NCBI RefSeq assembly: GCF_004010195.1
Contig: NC_057719.1
Span: 55,498,785-55,562,784, forward strand
DNA from: Chiloscyllium plagiosum
Lineage: Eukaryota
Reading direction: 5' to 3'
DNA: 64,000 nt
The notes under the pieces are model-generated. The model saw only the letters and a list, made by a program, of their open reading frames with translations, had not been told where the DNA came from and did not search any database. The translations under genes and the position numbers were made by a program. This document shows positions 38,420 to 50,775 of the stretch, in pieces (the stretch's first letter is position 1; the number at the start of each line of letters is the position of its first letter).

Positions 38420-38930
38420 CCATGAAGTCATAGAGTCACAGAGATGGACAGCATGGAAACAGACCCTTCAGTCCAACTTGTCTATGCTGACCAGGTACCC
38501 TAAATTAATCTAGTCACATTTGCCAGATTTTGGTCCATATTCCTCTAAACCCTTCCTATTCATCTACCCATCCAGATGCCTTCTAAATGTTGTGATTGTA
38601 CCAGCCTCCACCATTTCCTCTGGCAGCTCATTCCATACATGCACCACTCTCTGCATGAAACAGTTGCCCCTTAGATCACTTTGAAATCTTTCCCATCTCA
38701 TCTTAAACCTATGCCCTTACCCCAGGGAAAAGGCATTGTCAATTTATCCCCTCCATGCCCCTCATGATTTTATAAACCTCGATAAAGTCACCCCTCAACT
38801 TCCAAGGCTCCAGGGAAAGCAACCCCAGCCTATTCAGCTTCATCCTATAGCTCAAACCCTCCAAAATTGCAACATCCTTGTAAATCATTTCTGAATCCTT
38901 TCAAGTTTAACAATATCTTTCCTATTAGCA
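38420..38930 (-). mobile_element. CR1 (HER1-like) 3' end
   Basis: Plus strand starts GTCATAGAGTCACAGAGATGGACAGCATGGAAACAGACCC (inverted tail); homologous to 61060-61590. Confidence 0.9.
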
Positions 38931-39344
38931 GAACACCATGTCTTTCATGGTTATCTGCACTACTGCTACCACCATGGTATATTTGCTGCCACCACCGCTT
39001 TTAGGGTCAAAATCTATGGGTCCATTGGTCTGTTACGGTGGAGGAAAACCATAGTCTAGTCTCATGTGAAGAGCCTTTTATCTTGAATAAAACAGAGTTT
39101 GTTGCATGTTAGCAGAAAAGTACAAATTATATTGATAGGAAATGTGTCAAAAAGAGAAATATAGGGTAAGCACGCCTGCTTCTTCTCATTCATGAGCAGC
39201 ACTGCAAACCCTGAACATCTGGCTGTCCTGGCCTCCTTGTAGCTGTCTGATTTCCTGAGGCCTAGGAAGCTGGCTCGTATGTGTTCTTTCAAGAAGCTCA
39301 GCTTACAAATGACGCAAGTATTGGATGCTTACGGTTAGCTTATG

Positions 39345-39715
39345 GGTAAGGACGAGACAGGCTTGGCCTGTATCCTCTGGAGATTAGAAACAGATAAGAT
39401 CTACAGGGGACTTGACCTGGAGCTGGATATTGAAAGGATGGTTCAACCTGAGGGAGAATCTAGAACTAGAGGTCATAGTTTAAAAATAAAGGCACCTCCT
39501 TAAAACAGATGAGGAAACATGTTTTCCTCTCAGCAAGTTGTGAGACTTTGGCATCCCCTCTCTCAAAAGAATTTTAAAATATTTTTAAGACAGAGGTCGA
39601 CAGATTCTCGGAGATATGTACAAATATAGGGTTGATGTTAAAATCATATCAGCCATTATCTTATTAAATGGTGGAGCAGGCTCTAAGGGCACAGTGGCCT
39701 ACTCTTATTTGTTGT
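39345..39715 (+). mobile_element. CR1 3' end fragment (older subfamily)
   Basis: GAATCTAGAACTAGAGGTCATAGTTTAAAAATAA...GATCTTATT-like UTR, GGCCTACTC. Confidence 0.7.
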
Positions 39716-39804
39716 GCATATGTGCACAGGCCACAGACCCTCCAAACTGTAGCACTTAAGGCATCGGCTTTGTCTGGTGCTTGCTCTGTATTCCAGATGG
39801 CAGA

Positions 39805-41140
39805 GAGGCCAAGGGGTGCAGGTACCTAATTCCTTAAAAGTGGCATCACATGTAGAGAAATTGGTGAAAAAGGTGTTTGGCATGCTTGCCTTCATCAGTC
39901 AGAGCATTGATTACATAAGTTGCGATGTCATGTTAAGGCTACATTTGCCATATTGTGCACAATTCTGGTTATCCTGCGCTGGGAAAGATGTTCTTAAACT
40001 GGAAGGATGGCAAACAAGATTTAGAAGGGTCTCGAAGGGTTGCGTTATAAAGAGAGGCTATATAGGCTGAGGATTTTTTCCCTGGTGTTATGGACTATGC
40101 CAGACCACTCAAAACCTTCTTAAGCAGGCAGTCCCAGACCATAACTTTGCAATTTGTTTCGGTAAATGTATAGTGACAATTATTCAGAGTAAGATAGCTA
40201 GGTTGACTACCAGATTTTAAAACAGACAAAAATGTAATCACAAAATTACACAATGAAACACAAAGAACAGAATAAAGAACCGCTACAGAATTTAGCCTAT
40301 CCAACTAGACTTAATTATGCTGTTCTGAATGTACACAACAGTCTCAATAAGCAAACTCCCTTTAAAAACCAGTATAAATGGAACACGTGCTTACAGGTTG
40401 AAGTTGAAGAGCACAAAGAGAGAGAGAGAGAGAGTTTCCACACAGCTCCCTGTTAAACTTCCAACCAGTTCAAGACTGAACTAAACTGCTCAGCTCAGCT
40501 AGAGAACTGACCACTCCCCTTTCTTTATACAGGTCTCATCTAAAACACAGCCACTTTGGCTCAAAGTCTCATCTGTTTACATATAAACAAAAGGCCTCTC
40601 AAAATCATTTTCATCTCTGTACCAAACCAGACTGATTGGAGCCTGACCCAGTTTATTACCCCTCTGAAAAAAATCAAGGACTGAGTATCCTTGAGTCAAG
40701 GAACAGCTTTTAGAAAAAAAAGGGACCAGCTTTGTGACACCTGGAGTGTCAGAGGCTGAGGGGTGATCTTATAGAGGTTTATAAAATCATGAGGAGCTTA
40801 GATAAGGTGACCAGTCAAGGCCTTTTCCTCAGAATAGGGGAGTCAAAACTACAGGGCACAAGTTTAAGGTGAGAGGGGAAAGATTTAGAAGGGATCTAAG
40901 GGGCAACTTTTTCATACAGAGGGTGATGCATGTATGAAATGAGCTGCAAGAGGAAGTGGTAGAGGTGAGTATAATTACAATATTTAAAAGACATTTGGAC
41001 AAGTACATGGATAGGAAATGTTTAGAGGGATATGGGGGCGAAATGCAGGTAAATGGGACTGGTTCAGTTCAGGAAACCTGGCTGGCAGGGACAGATTGAG
41101 CTGAAGGGATCATTTCTTCACTGTATTCCTCTATGACTCT
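39805..41140 (+). mobile_element. CR1 (HER1-like) 3' portion split by a solo LTR
   Basis: LGVQV-like motif, VKKVFGMLAFISQSIDY; sequence resumes at 40745 (AGTGTCAGAGGCTGAGGGGTGATCTTATAGAGG) and ends in CTCTATGACTCT. Confidence 0.88.
40086..40739. mobile_element. Solo LTR (654 bp) with 5-bp TSD
   Basis: CCTGG(40081-40085) TGTTATGG ... TTTGTGACA CCTGG(40740-40744); removing it restores the CR1. Confidence 0.88.
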
Positions 41141-41609
41141 GTTAGATTAGCTGTCAGTACACCCAATACAGATCTCCAAGTAAACTGTATTCATATACCG
41201 AATTTGTGTCACATTTAGATAATGCAAGAATATAATGTGGAGTTGGGATTTTTTTTCTCCAAAAAAGAACAATTACAGCTTCACATACTTGAAGGTCAAG
41301 AGACAGCAATAAACAAAATATAACAGCAATCCATAAGTTTCACAGTACAAAATGCAGAATTAAAAAGGATTTCCTTGAAAACGGAGAATGTCTAAGTCAG
41401 CCTAATTCATGCTAGCAGCCAGCCAATTCAAAACCATCCTCCCGAAAGACAATTTCCAATTTGAACAGCATGCCGGACTGGAGGAAAGTATGCCTCCAAA
41501 CGAAAAATGAGAAGTGGGTTGCACTCAGGAACAGTATAGAGACAACAGAACAAGTCCTAAAAAAGGTTCAAGTCAGGAAATAGAAAGGACAGTATTAAAA
41601 CCACATGAC

Positions 41610-42285
41610 TGTACAAAGGAGAGCATATCCCATCTACATCAACAGAGCGGTGGTCGAGAGGGTGGAGAGTGTCAAGTTCCTAGTAGTAACAATATCTGAC
41701 AATCTGTCCAGGACTATCCATGTATATGCAATGGTCAAGAAGGCACAACAATGCCTCTTCTTCCTCAGGTGTCTTAGGAAATTCGACATCTCCATACAGA
41801 CCCTCACCAACTTGTACAGATGCACCATAGAGAGCATACTATCTGGGTCCACAACAGTCTGGTACAGCAATTGCTCTGCCCAGGACCATTAGAAACTATA
41901 GAAGGTTATGTGCACAGTTCAGACCATCACAGAAGCCAATCTCCAACCTATGGGCTCCATTTATGCTTCTCATTTCCATGGAAAGACTGCCAACATCACC
42001 AAAGACTCTTCCCACCTTGGTAATGCTCTCCTACAACATCTTCTGTCTGGCAGAAGATATGGAGGCTTGAACTTACACAACAACAGCTTCTTCCCTGCCA
42101 TTACTAGACTGCTGAATGGACTCTCTAACTTCAAATAATGTTGATCTTGTTAATATTGACCTTACTTTGCACACGTCCTGCGCAGTGTAACCTGTATGCT
42201 TCACTCTGTCCAAGGCACCCTGTGATCTGTATGTCCTTGTTTACTAAGATCTGCCTATACTGCTCGCAAGCAAAGCTTTGCACAA
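41610..42285 (+). mobile_element. Rex/Babar LINE 3' portion
   Basis: PIYINRAVVERVESVKFL..ISDNLS..VKKAQQCLFFLRCLRKF..LTNLYRCTIESILSGSTTVWY...NSFFPAITRLLN. Confidence 0.85.
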
Positions 42286-43079
42286 AGATATGGAAAGTGC
42301 TAGAAGATCAGTTGCATGTGAGAATCAAATTTAGAATTTATCACTTAGAATTGATGTCTTATTGGCAAAAGTCACAAGGTGCAATATATCAGTTTATCAG
42401 TGGATGCTGTAACTAGTGCAATGAATGTAACTTTTCCATTGTTAATTATCAGACAGGATAATGGAGTTGGTGATTGCCGATAATTACCTATCAAATACCT
42501 TTTGAAGCTTTACAAAAAGACCTGTTGGATGGCATGGAACACAATGTCATTATCTACCATGGGGTTAGTAGTCCAATTATGCGGATTCTTCTAGTAGTCT
42601 AGATTTGAGACATTTAAACCTCTGCCCAAAACAGACAGTGGAGGAGTTGAATCCCATGTTTATAGGAGCCATTCTTTTTCTCCCTGCTGGACATCAAACA
42701 TGAATGTTCTCAGTAGACTTAGGCACAGTGGCTCAGGAACTCACTACACTCACAATAGTATTTGTAAGATAGATTCCAGAGATGATTGTGATTTATTTGT
42801 CAGTCAAGATGAACAAGTATGAACAGAATTATTGCAAGTATATCTGGATATGCTTGCATTGCCACTGATACAATAGTAATGGGCAAAACCAAAGAAGGGC
42901 ATAATTAAAACCTTTATGGCAGCAGCTTGCCATTAAGCACTTGTTTTCAACAGAAAGCAATTACAGATGAATTTTACTCAGAACAACGTTTTGCTCTATG
43001 TATTCATGTATCAAAGTCCTTCTGACCCAGGAAAAGACAAAGATGTAAGACCCACAAGACAAAGATGACCTACAGAGAG

Positions 43080-45115
43080 GCCCCATCTATTCCTACCCTG
43101 CTTGCTGTCTGTTTGCTAATCCTTAAGCCGAACCAGTACATTACTTCCTAGTCCATGTATTTTAAGTTTTCTGATCAGCCTCCTATCAAAGGCCTTCTGA
43201 AAATTTAAGTATACAACCTCCCTTGACTCACATTTATCAATTTTGTTTGCTATATTCTTAAAAAACTCCAACAAATTCATCAAACATGATTTCTCATTCA
43301 CAAATCCATGCTGAACATGACCACTATCAAAAAGGTGTCTATACATCCCATTCTTCATAATAGATTTTAACGTTGTTCCCACTACTAATGTAAGTTTAAC
43401 TGTTGTGTTGTTCCCTTCATCTCTCTCACATCATCCCTAAATATTTGATATTTAGGGGTGATATTCGCTACCTTCCAAATGACAGTAATCATTCCTGAAT
43501 CTGTAGAATTTTGGAAAACAAATATCCATGTATTGATTACCTCTATAAGCAGCTCCCTCAATGGATGTAGACCATTCGGCCCTCGGGATTTATCAACTTA
43601 CAATCTCATTGGTTTCTCCAGCACAATTTTCTTACCAATACTCAGTTCTTCAAATCTTCAATTTGTCTAGCCTCTTAGAACTCAAATTCTGGGAGATTTC
43701 TGGTATCTTTCTCTGCGAAAACAGACACAAAGTAATCATTTAGCTTCTCTGCTATTTCTTTATTCCTCATTATAAATTCTTCAGTTTCTGGCTGTAATGG
43801 ACCAATATTCATTTTAACTGAAAGATGTCAAAAAGGCAAAGTTAAAGACACTCTCCTTATCCAACTATAACACTGTTTCTTCAGAATGAACAAGTTCACT
43901 TTCAAACATTGATTGTAATCTCTAAACCTCCCCATCCTCAAATTTACTGCTAATCCTGGCAACTTTATTGGTCTTTTCTTTTAATCTTCTTACAATCAGG
44001 AACTTTCTTTGCTAGTTACATTTTTTGAGTTTTTAAACTTTTAAAGGAAGTATAGTTGCTGTTAATCTTTCAAAGACTATTCTTTGCCTATTGTCAGACA
44101 TGCCTTTTAATGTATATTCCCAATCCACCTGAGACAATTTGTGCCTCAAGCCTTCATAATTCTCCTTATCCAACTATAACACTGTTTCTTCAGAATGAAC
44201 AAGTTCACTTTCAAACATTATGTAATTTTGTGGTTATTCATTGTTAAAGGTTCTTTTATACAATAGTAGATCAAAAATAACATCTCTTGAATTCTCCTCA
44301 ACGTACTACCTAAAAGCAACCCCTATCACACTCAAGAATCTCGTCCTCCAGAACTTTAGTTTTCAATTGGCGCAGCCTATTTATATACAGACTTAAGTCA
44401 TTCATGATTCCAATGCTACATGCTTCTCCCATCTCTTAATTAATACCATGCCCCACACCACCATGACTATTTGGTGGCCTATAAATAACTCTAACCAATG
44501 TCTGTTCTCTTGCTATTTCTTAGTTCCACCCAAAAATATTCTACTCATTTTTCTTCCGATCTGAAATTCTCCCTTACAATGTATTGATCCCATCCTTATT
44601 ATAAGCACTACTCTCCCTCCTTTTCTTTCTTGTCTGACCATTCTAAACATTGGATATCCTTTAATATTTAGTTCCCAGTCCTTGTCACCATGTAACCATG
44701 TTTCTGTAATAGTAATTAGATCATACCCATGTATCTTTATTTATGTCTTTACATTGTCTACCTTATTAGAAATGCTTCATGTGTTTAGAATGAGTGTCTT
44801 TAACTTTGCCTTTTTGACATCTTTCAGTTTTCAAAGCACACCAGATGTTCAGCTTTGTTTATCCTATCTTCTAGTCTCCTGAGAATTTTTCAACTTCCTG
44901 TTACCAACTTTATTTCCTTTCAATTCGGGTTACCCGTCAGGATCCACCCTCCTCATGAGTTATTTCAAACCTACCCCAACAGCACTGGAAAATTTCCCAG
45001 CAAGGATATTGGCCCCTATCCCATTAAAGTGTAGTCTTTCCAGTCTACCTACCTGTCTACAATTCCTCAGAAAGCTGTTGCCTTCGCTCATACACAGTTC
45101 ACTAGCAAGTAGCAC
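43080..45115 (-). mobile_element. Decayed CR1 ORF2 (EN to RT), internally rearranged
   Basis: QHGFVNEKSCLMNLLEFFK..VVYLNFQKAFD (43116-43382); endonuclease-like region 44300-44750. Confidence 0.75.
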
Positions 45116-45180
45116 TGGAATAATCATAATTAAAAATCACACAACACCAGGTTATAGTCCAACAGGTTTAATTGGAAGCA

Positions 45181-45215
45181 CACTAGCTTTCGGAGCGACG
45201 CTCCTTCATCAGGTG
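45181..45215 (-). ncRNA. Minimal type I hammerhead ribozyme (inverted copy)
   Basis: Exact reverse complement of 45781-45815. Confidence 0.8.
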
Positions 45216-45780
45216 ATTGTGGAGGGCTCGATTGTAACACAGAATTTATAGCAAAAATTTGCAGTGTGATGTAACTGAAATTATACATTGAAAAATTGAT
45301 TGTCTGTTAAGCCTTTCATCTGTTAGAATACAGTGATAGTTTCACTTCTTTCATGTGTAAATCACAAAACCCTTTTTTTTAAAAGTTGCATTCTCGGGTT
45401 AGCTGTTAACAATGGTGATAGCTAGACGCCTATGTGGTTCATGTCGAACTCTGAGCTCAAAAACTGCATGAATTTATGTAAAACTCTGTAATTTTACTTT
45501 TTAGATTAGAATCAATTTAAACATCAGGTCATAGAGAGAGAACACAGGGGGCTAACACCTTCAACATATTGTCTAGCTATCACCATTGTTAACAGCTAAC
45601 CTGAGAATGCAACTTTATAAAAAAGGTTTTGTGATTTACACATGAAAGAAGTGAAACTATTACTGTATTCTAACAGATGAAAGGCTTAACAGACAATCAA
45701 TTCTTCAATGTATAATTTCAGTTACATCACACTGCAAATTTTTGCTAATAATTCTGTGTTACGATCGAGCCCTCCACAAT

Positions 45781-45815
45781 CACCTGATGAAGGAGCGTCG
45801 CTCCGAAAGCTAGTG
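45781..45815 (+). ncRNA. Minimal type I hammerhead ribozyme
   Basis: CAC-CTGATGA-A-GGAGC-GTC-GCTCC-GAA-AGCT-A-GTG: stem I CAC/GTG, intact core, 5-bp stem II, palindromic stem III AGCT, CUA cleavage triplet. Confidence 0.82.
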
Positions 45816-45979
45816 TGCTTCCAATTAAACCTGTTGGACTATAACCTGGTGTTGTGTGATTTTTAACTTTGTACACCCCAGTCCAACACCGGCATCTCCG
45901 AATCATGGAATAATCATTACATCATTGCTCTTGAAGTCCTGCTTTTTAATTTCCTTCCTAACTCAACAAAGTTTGCTAG

Positions 45980-46085
45980 AAGAAAGTGACGACTGCAGGT
46001 GCTGGAGATCAGAGTCAAGATGGGATGCTGAAAAAGTACAGCAGGTCAAGCAGCATCCAAGGAGCAGGAGAATCAAAGTTTCAAT
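45980..46085 (-). mobile_element. Penelope-like terminal fragment
   Basis: ACTGCAGGTGCTGGAGATCAGAG...CAGCAGGTCAAGCAGCATCCAAGGAGCAGGAGAATC. Confidence 0.7.
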
Positions 46086-46974
46086 TATGCACTGGTATCT
46101 GCAATCATCAGGATCTGGTCTAGGTGACAACTCTCAGCTTGGTGTCTACTGTGTATAAGACAGGTTACTGACTCTATATTCCAGGAATGCATTTATATTC
46201 GCCTGAGTTAGAGAAGAGCAGATGGAATGAGCATGCAGCTCCACCAGTATTGTCAGCTTCCCGATGGTAAAGAATGCCATTGACTGCACATATTTTGCTT
46301 TGTGGGCATTGTATGTAAATGCAAAGATACTCCCAAAGTACAAACAGCCCATTATGAGGAGAACAGTGCCAGAATTCCATGTTGTTCATGCTTTGGACAT
46401 TTCAACCAGTTTATATGATAGATGTACCTGTGATCACTTCAACCTGCTATTGTCTTCAGATGAGAAGCCTGTCTGTGTACATGGTGCAGTTTATTTGGGG
46501 AGTGTAACTGTCAGGGTTGACTAGTTGGCAGTGTATACAAGGAGCATGTGTGGGTGTGAGGCCTACAACAGTGCCAAGTGTATGAGAGTGAGGTGAAGTT
46601 ATAAAAGTTAAGGAAACCACTCAACATGTTTTCTGACTGTATGCTGCAAGTACATAAACAAAGAGGCAGCGTAAAGTTTGATTGTGTCTGCATCGAAATG
46701 GATGGGTGGGAAATATCAGAAATCATCAACCCAATGCAATTTTCAGACTTCATCTAATTTTTCCCTAAAGGTTTGTCCAAATGAACAGTACTTGCTTTTT
46801 TCTAAAACATTAGAAGTGATCTCATCTGTTATTTGGGGCAATGAAAATGTTAATGTTACATACTACATTCACCTACATCCACTATCATGATGCCATAAGA
46901 ACTTGGTTGGGGTAAGTCAGACTAAGTTAGGATCCTAAAAAAGATGGACCTATCATCCATATATCTCCTCAAAG

Positions 46975-47172
46975 AAGATGTGCAGGTTAGGTGAAATGGC
47001 CATGCTAAATTGCCCATAGTATTCAGGGATGTGTAGGTTAGGTGCATTAGTTAGGAGTAAATGTAGGGTAAGTGGGTAGAAGAATGGGTCTGGGTGGGTT
47101 ACTCTTCGGAGGGTCAGTGTGGATTTGTTTCCACAAAGTAGGAATTCTATGACTCTATGATGATTCTATGAT
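46975..47172 (+). mobile_element. V-SINE (HE1-like) 3' half
   Basis: AAGATGTGCAGGTTAGGTGAAATGGCCATGCTAAATTGCCC...(TTCTATGA)n tail. Confidence 0.85.
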
Positions 47173-47852
47173 AACGATGTCCAACTTAATAATGTAACTT
47201 GTAACCAAATGCAATCGCACAACAAACTCCAACTTGTTTAGGACAAAAGCCTGTTCTCATTAAGACTCACTGCATGATTTCCTCTACTGCTATATCCTTA
47301 GACCCGGTTCAGGGAAGGGGATGTTGGCAGAAAATGACACAAACCATAAAACTGGCCATGGTTGGCATTGCATTATGCACAATATCAATATAAACAAAAG
47401 GTTTTAAAGCATTTTAGTTTAACATTACTCACTTTTGAAATGATCAAATACAACAATCTAAAGAGGAGACTGTAAAATGCTGAAAGCAACTTTCATTTAT
47501 TATAATCTGGAACCATTTTTGATTGAACTGCTTTCTTTACCATTTTTACATTCATCATCCAGACAAGATATATGCTGTATGACTTTCTTCTGACCTTTGA
47601 ACACCTAATCAATAGACAAGAAGTGTTAACACGGCTGGACTACACTTACTGATTTCATTTGCAGAATTATAATCATCTGAACTCAAATGTGAAAAGTAGG
47701 TTGCTCTTCACGTAATGGCTTTACAAAAATAATTAGTGAATTTACGCCAAATTTTACAGAATAAATCCAGAGATCTTGTAGAAAAAAAGAGATGAAGATG
47801 CTTGATCTACACCGAATGTGTTTTTAATGCTGTGTCTGACTGATATACAACT

Positions 47853-48102
47853 TATAGAGTCATAGAGATGTACAGCATGGAAACAGACCCCTCGGTCCAG
47901 CCCGTCCATGCCGAACAGATATCCCAGCCTAATCTAGTCCAACCTGCCAGTACCCGGCTCATATCCCTCCAAACGCTTCCTATTCATATACCCATCCAAA
48001 TGCCTCTTAAATGTTGCAATTGCACCAGCCTCCACCACATCCTCTGGCAGCTCATTCCATACCCGTACCACCCTCTGTCTGAAAAAGTTGCCCCTTAGGT
48101 CT
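47853..48102 (-). mobile_element. CR1 (HER1-like) 3' end, young
   Basis: Close match to reverse complement of 61340-61585. Confidence 0.92.
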
Positions 48103-48573
48103 TTTTGAGGCTGCCTCCCCGATCTAAATTCTTTACCAGTCCCATTTATATCATCCTGACCTGGTATGGTTTATTGCACTGAACAAATTAGTCTCTCTTC
48201 TATGCTGGGTTCCCTTGAAGTTGGGGAAGTAGGAATTCCTGACCCCAAGTCTGCCTGACACTGTTAAGTATATATGTGGAGGATTGCAATTCTGCCCTGT
48301 TAAGCAGTCCAGAAATTTCTAACAAAGGTCTAACTTCCCAATGCATCCCCATGTTCTAACATGACCAGGGACCTCTGTAGAAAGAGTGTATAACTATGTT
48401 ATAAAGTCCTGGGGTAGTTTTGCCTTTTTGCATAGAGTTTGCCATATTTTTTATTATTTTCAGTAGCCCATTTTCAGTGTCATAAGTTCATCATTTTATT
48501 CTTTAGATTTATATTTCTAACTGTTGTGAAATTATATTTGGAGTTCACTGCCACCAAACCTCCTGATTTAAGA

Positions 48574-48882
48574 CCAAAAGAGAAAATGCTGGAAAATCTC
48601 AGCAGGTCTGGCAGCATCTGTAAGGAGAGAAAAGAGCTGATGTTTCGAGTCTAACTGACCCTTTGTCAAAGCTAATAAAAGGGGAGAAATAGGGAGGTAT
48701 TTATACGAGGTGGAGAGAAGGTGAGTCATGGCTCCAGAAGCAAAGGTAGCAATAAAAATGTTCACTATGCCTACCCTGAAGAAGTACTGCTCTTCTCTCC
48801 GACAGGATTTTTGTTTGTCTCTCTCCCCCTGTCCACCTCCACTGCTTTCCTTTTCTCTCTCAGTGTTAGACAAGACCCACTG
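48574..48882 (-). mobile_element. Penelope-derived insertion with 15-bp direct repeat
   Basis: AAATGCTGGAAAATCTCAGCAGGTCTGGCAGCATC...GTTTCGAGTC; CCTCCTGATTTAAGA at 48559-48573 and 48883-48897. Confidence 0.75.
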
Positions 48883-49882
48883 CCTCCTGATTTAAGAATA
48901 CAGTTGGTTCTGACATAAAGCAATAGTTCTGTTGTCGTGCATTACAAAAAAGGCCACGCAATAGCCACCTCATTTAAACTAATGGGGCTGGAATCATGTT
49001 AAAGCCAATACAGATAAGGAAAATTTGTGTTCTACAAATAACGGTCTAAATTCTTCAATCGCATTAAAGCCAACTCGCGTTGAAGAAACACGCATTATAG
49101 CAGAACCAACTGTAATTTCAGTTTTTGCCTATATTCCAAATTTATGATTGAAGTTTTCTCTTCTTTGGCTCTTATAAAAGATCAACACTTACAATACAGA
49201 CTAACCAAGGAGAAATTTGATATTGGGTCCTTGGATCATTTTTAGATTTTCCGTCTCCAGTCCTCCAACAGTAAATGGCACTGTTCACAAATTAGTAAGG
49301 TTACTCAGTGCTCAAATGTCTGACCAATTATCATAAGCAGAAGTCACCAAATTGCTAAAATTACATTTACTAAATTGGCTTCAAATTGACAGGTTGGAAA
49401 AATGAAACTACATTGACTAGATTGATGAGTCTCCATAATTAAATACTTGACAAGGATCCAAAGTGCAATGAGGTAATTAAATCTACATTTTTCATATCAA
49501 GCTTTTGAATACTATGACTAGCTTAATTATTCCCAGTCTCATACAAAAGTAATTTCTTTACTAATATTTATTCATCACGAATACTCAAGTGGGGTGTCAT
49601 ATTTTGCCCATTATGTGTTTTCCTGAATCCAATATGTTAAATGGACAAATAGCACAATATATTAACTAATTTGTGAGAAAAATATAACTCTCAATAATAC
49701 GCCATGAAAGCTGTGTTTCAATCTTTGATCCTCGAGTCAGGATTCTTGTATTAAGGGCTGGGTTTCTGCAAAACGGAAGGACTTTTACCCGCTCCTTATT
49801 CCAACTGATTTCCTTTCACCTGGAGTTAGAATTAGGTACAGGTAGGTCCCAAATGAAAGTACACAAAAGAGAGGGCAAAACA

Positions 49883-49975
49883 TTGTGAAGGAGGATCACT
49901 GCACTCAAAACGTTAAATCTGTTTTGTCTCCACAGATGCTGCCAAGCCTGGTTCATTTCTCTAGCAATTTATGTT
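49883..49975 (+). mobile_element. Penelope-like terminal fragment (old)
   Basis: GTGAAGGAGGATCACTGCACTCAAAACGTTAA...CTCCACAGATGCTGCC. Confidence 0.55.
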
Positions 49976-50329
49976 TGAGTAATGTCTCACTGTTGGGCTT
50001 TCCATTGAAATGTATTGAATGAAAAGACATTGTTTTATTTGACATGGACTAAACTGGCTGTGAATGTTAAGTCTTGTCCATTCCAGACTATGAACACCTT
50101 CCACAAAGAACCATAGAAATGTTATATCAAAGAACAAGGACATTCAATCCAACACTGACTGAATTAAATTAGCCCCTCCCCCAAATCTGATTGATTTGCA
50201 GGTAATGAGTGTTAATTATCAATGCACTGAGTATTACCTACTGCCAAAACTATATCTGACACTAAAAATTACACACTATAAGTGTGAGGTTTCATTCTTT
50301 CATGTTTAAATTATTCTATATCATAAGAA

Positions 50330-50775
50330 ATAGAGTCATAGAGTCATATAGCACAGAAACAGGCCCTTCAGCCCAATTTGTCCATGCCAACTGGTTTCCT
50401 AAGCTGAACTAGTTCAATTTGCCTGCATTTGGCCGATAGCCCTTTAAAGCTTTAGTATCCATGTACATGTCCACGAGTCTTTTAAGTGTTGTAATTGTAC
50501 CCACCTCTACCATTTCCTGTGGCAGCTCGTTCCATATACACACCACGCTCCACGTGAAAAAGCTGCCCCTCAGGTCCTTTTTAAATCTTTCCCCTCTCAC
50601 CTTAAACCTATGCCCTTTAGTTTTGGACTCCCCAACCCTGGGGAAAAGACCTTGGCTATTCACCTTATCTATGCTCCTCATGGTTCTCTCAACCTTTACA
50701 AGGTCAACCCTCAGCCTCCTTTGTTCCAGGGAATAAAGTCCCAGCCTAACCAGTCTTTCCTTATAACTCAAACCA
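50330..50775 (-). mobile_element. CR1 (HER1-like) 3' end
   Basis: ORF 50409-50771 SYKERLVRLGLYSLEQRRLRVDL...GHRFKVRG...WNELP. Confidence 0.92.

Larger units (their letters stand above)
45128..45905 (+). mobile_element. Penelope-like insertion with ~297-bp inverted repeats, two hammerheads, 12-bp TSD
   Basis: IR 45130-45427 / 45571-45866; TGGAATAATCAT at 45116-45127 and 45906-45917. Confidence 0.88.

Noticed and set aside
46140..46660. Cluster of short ORFs on both strands
   Set aside because: No convincing motif; possibly an old retroelement remnant but unsupported.
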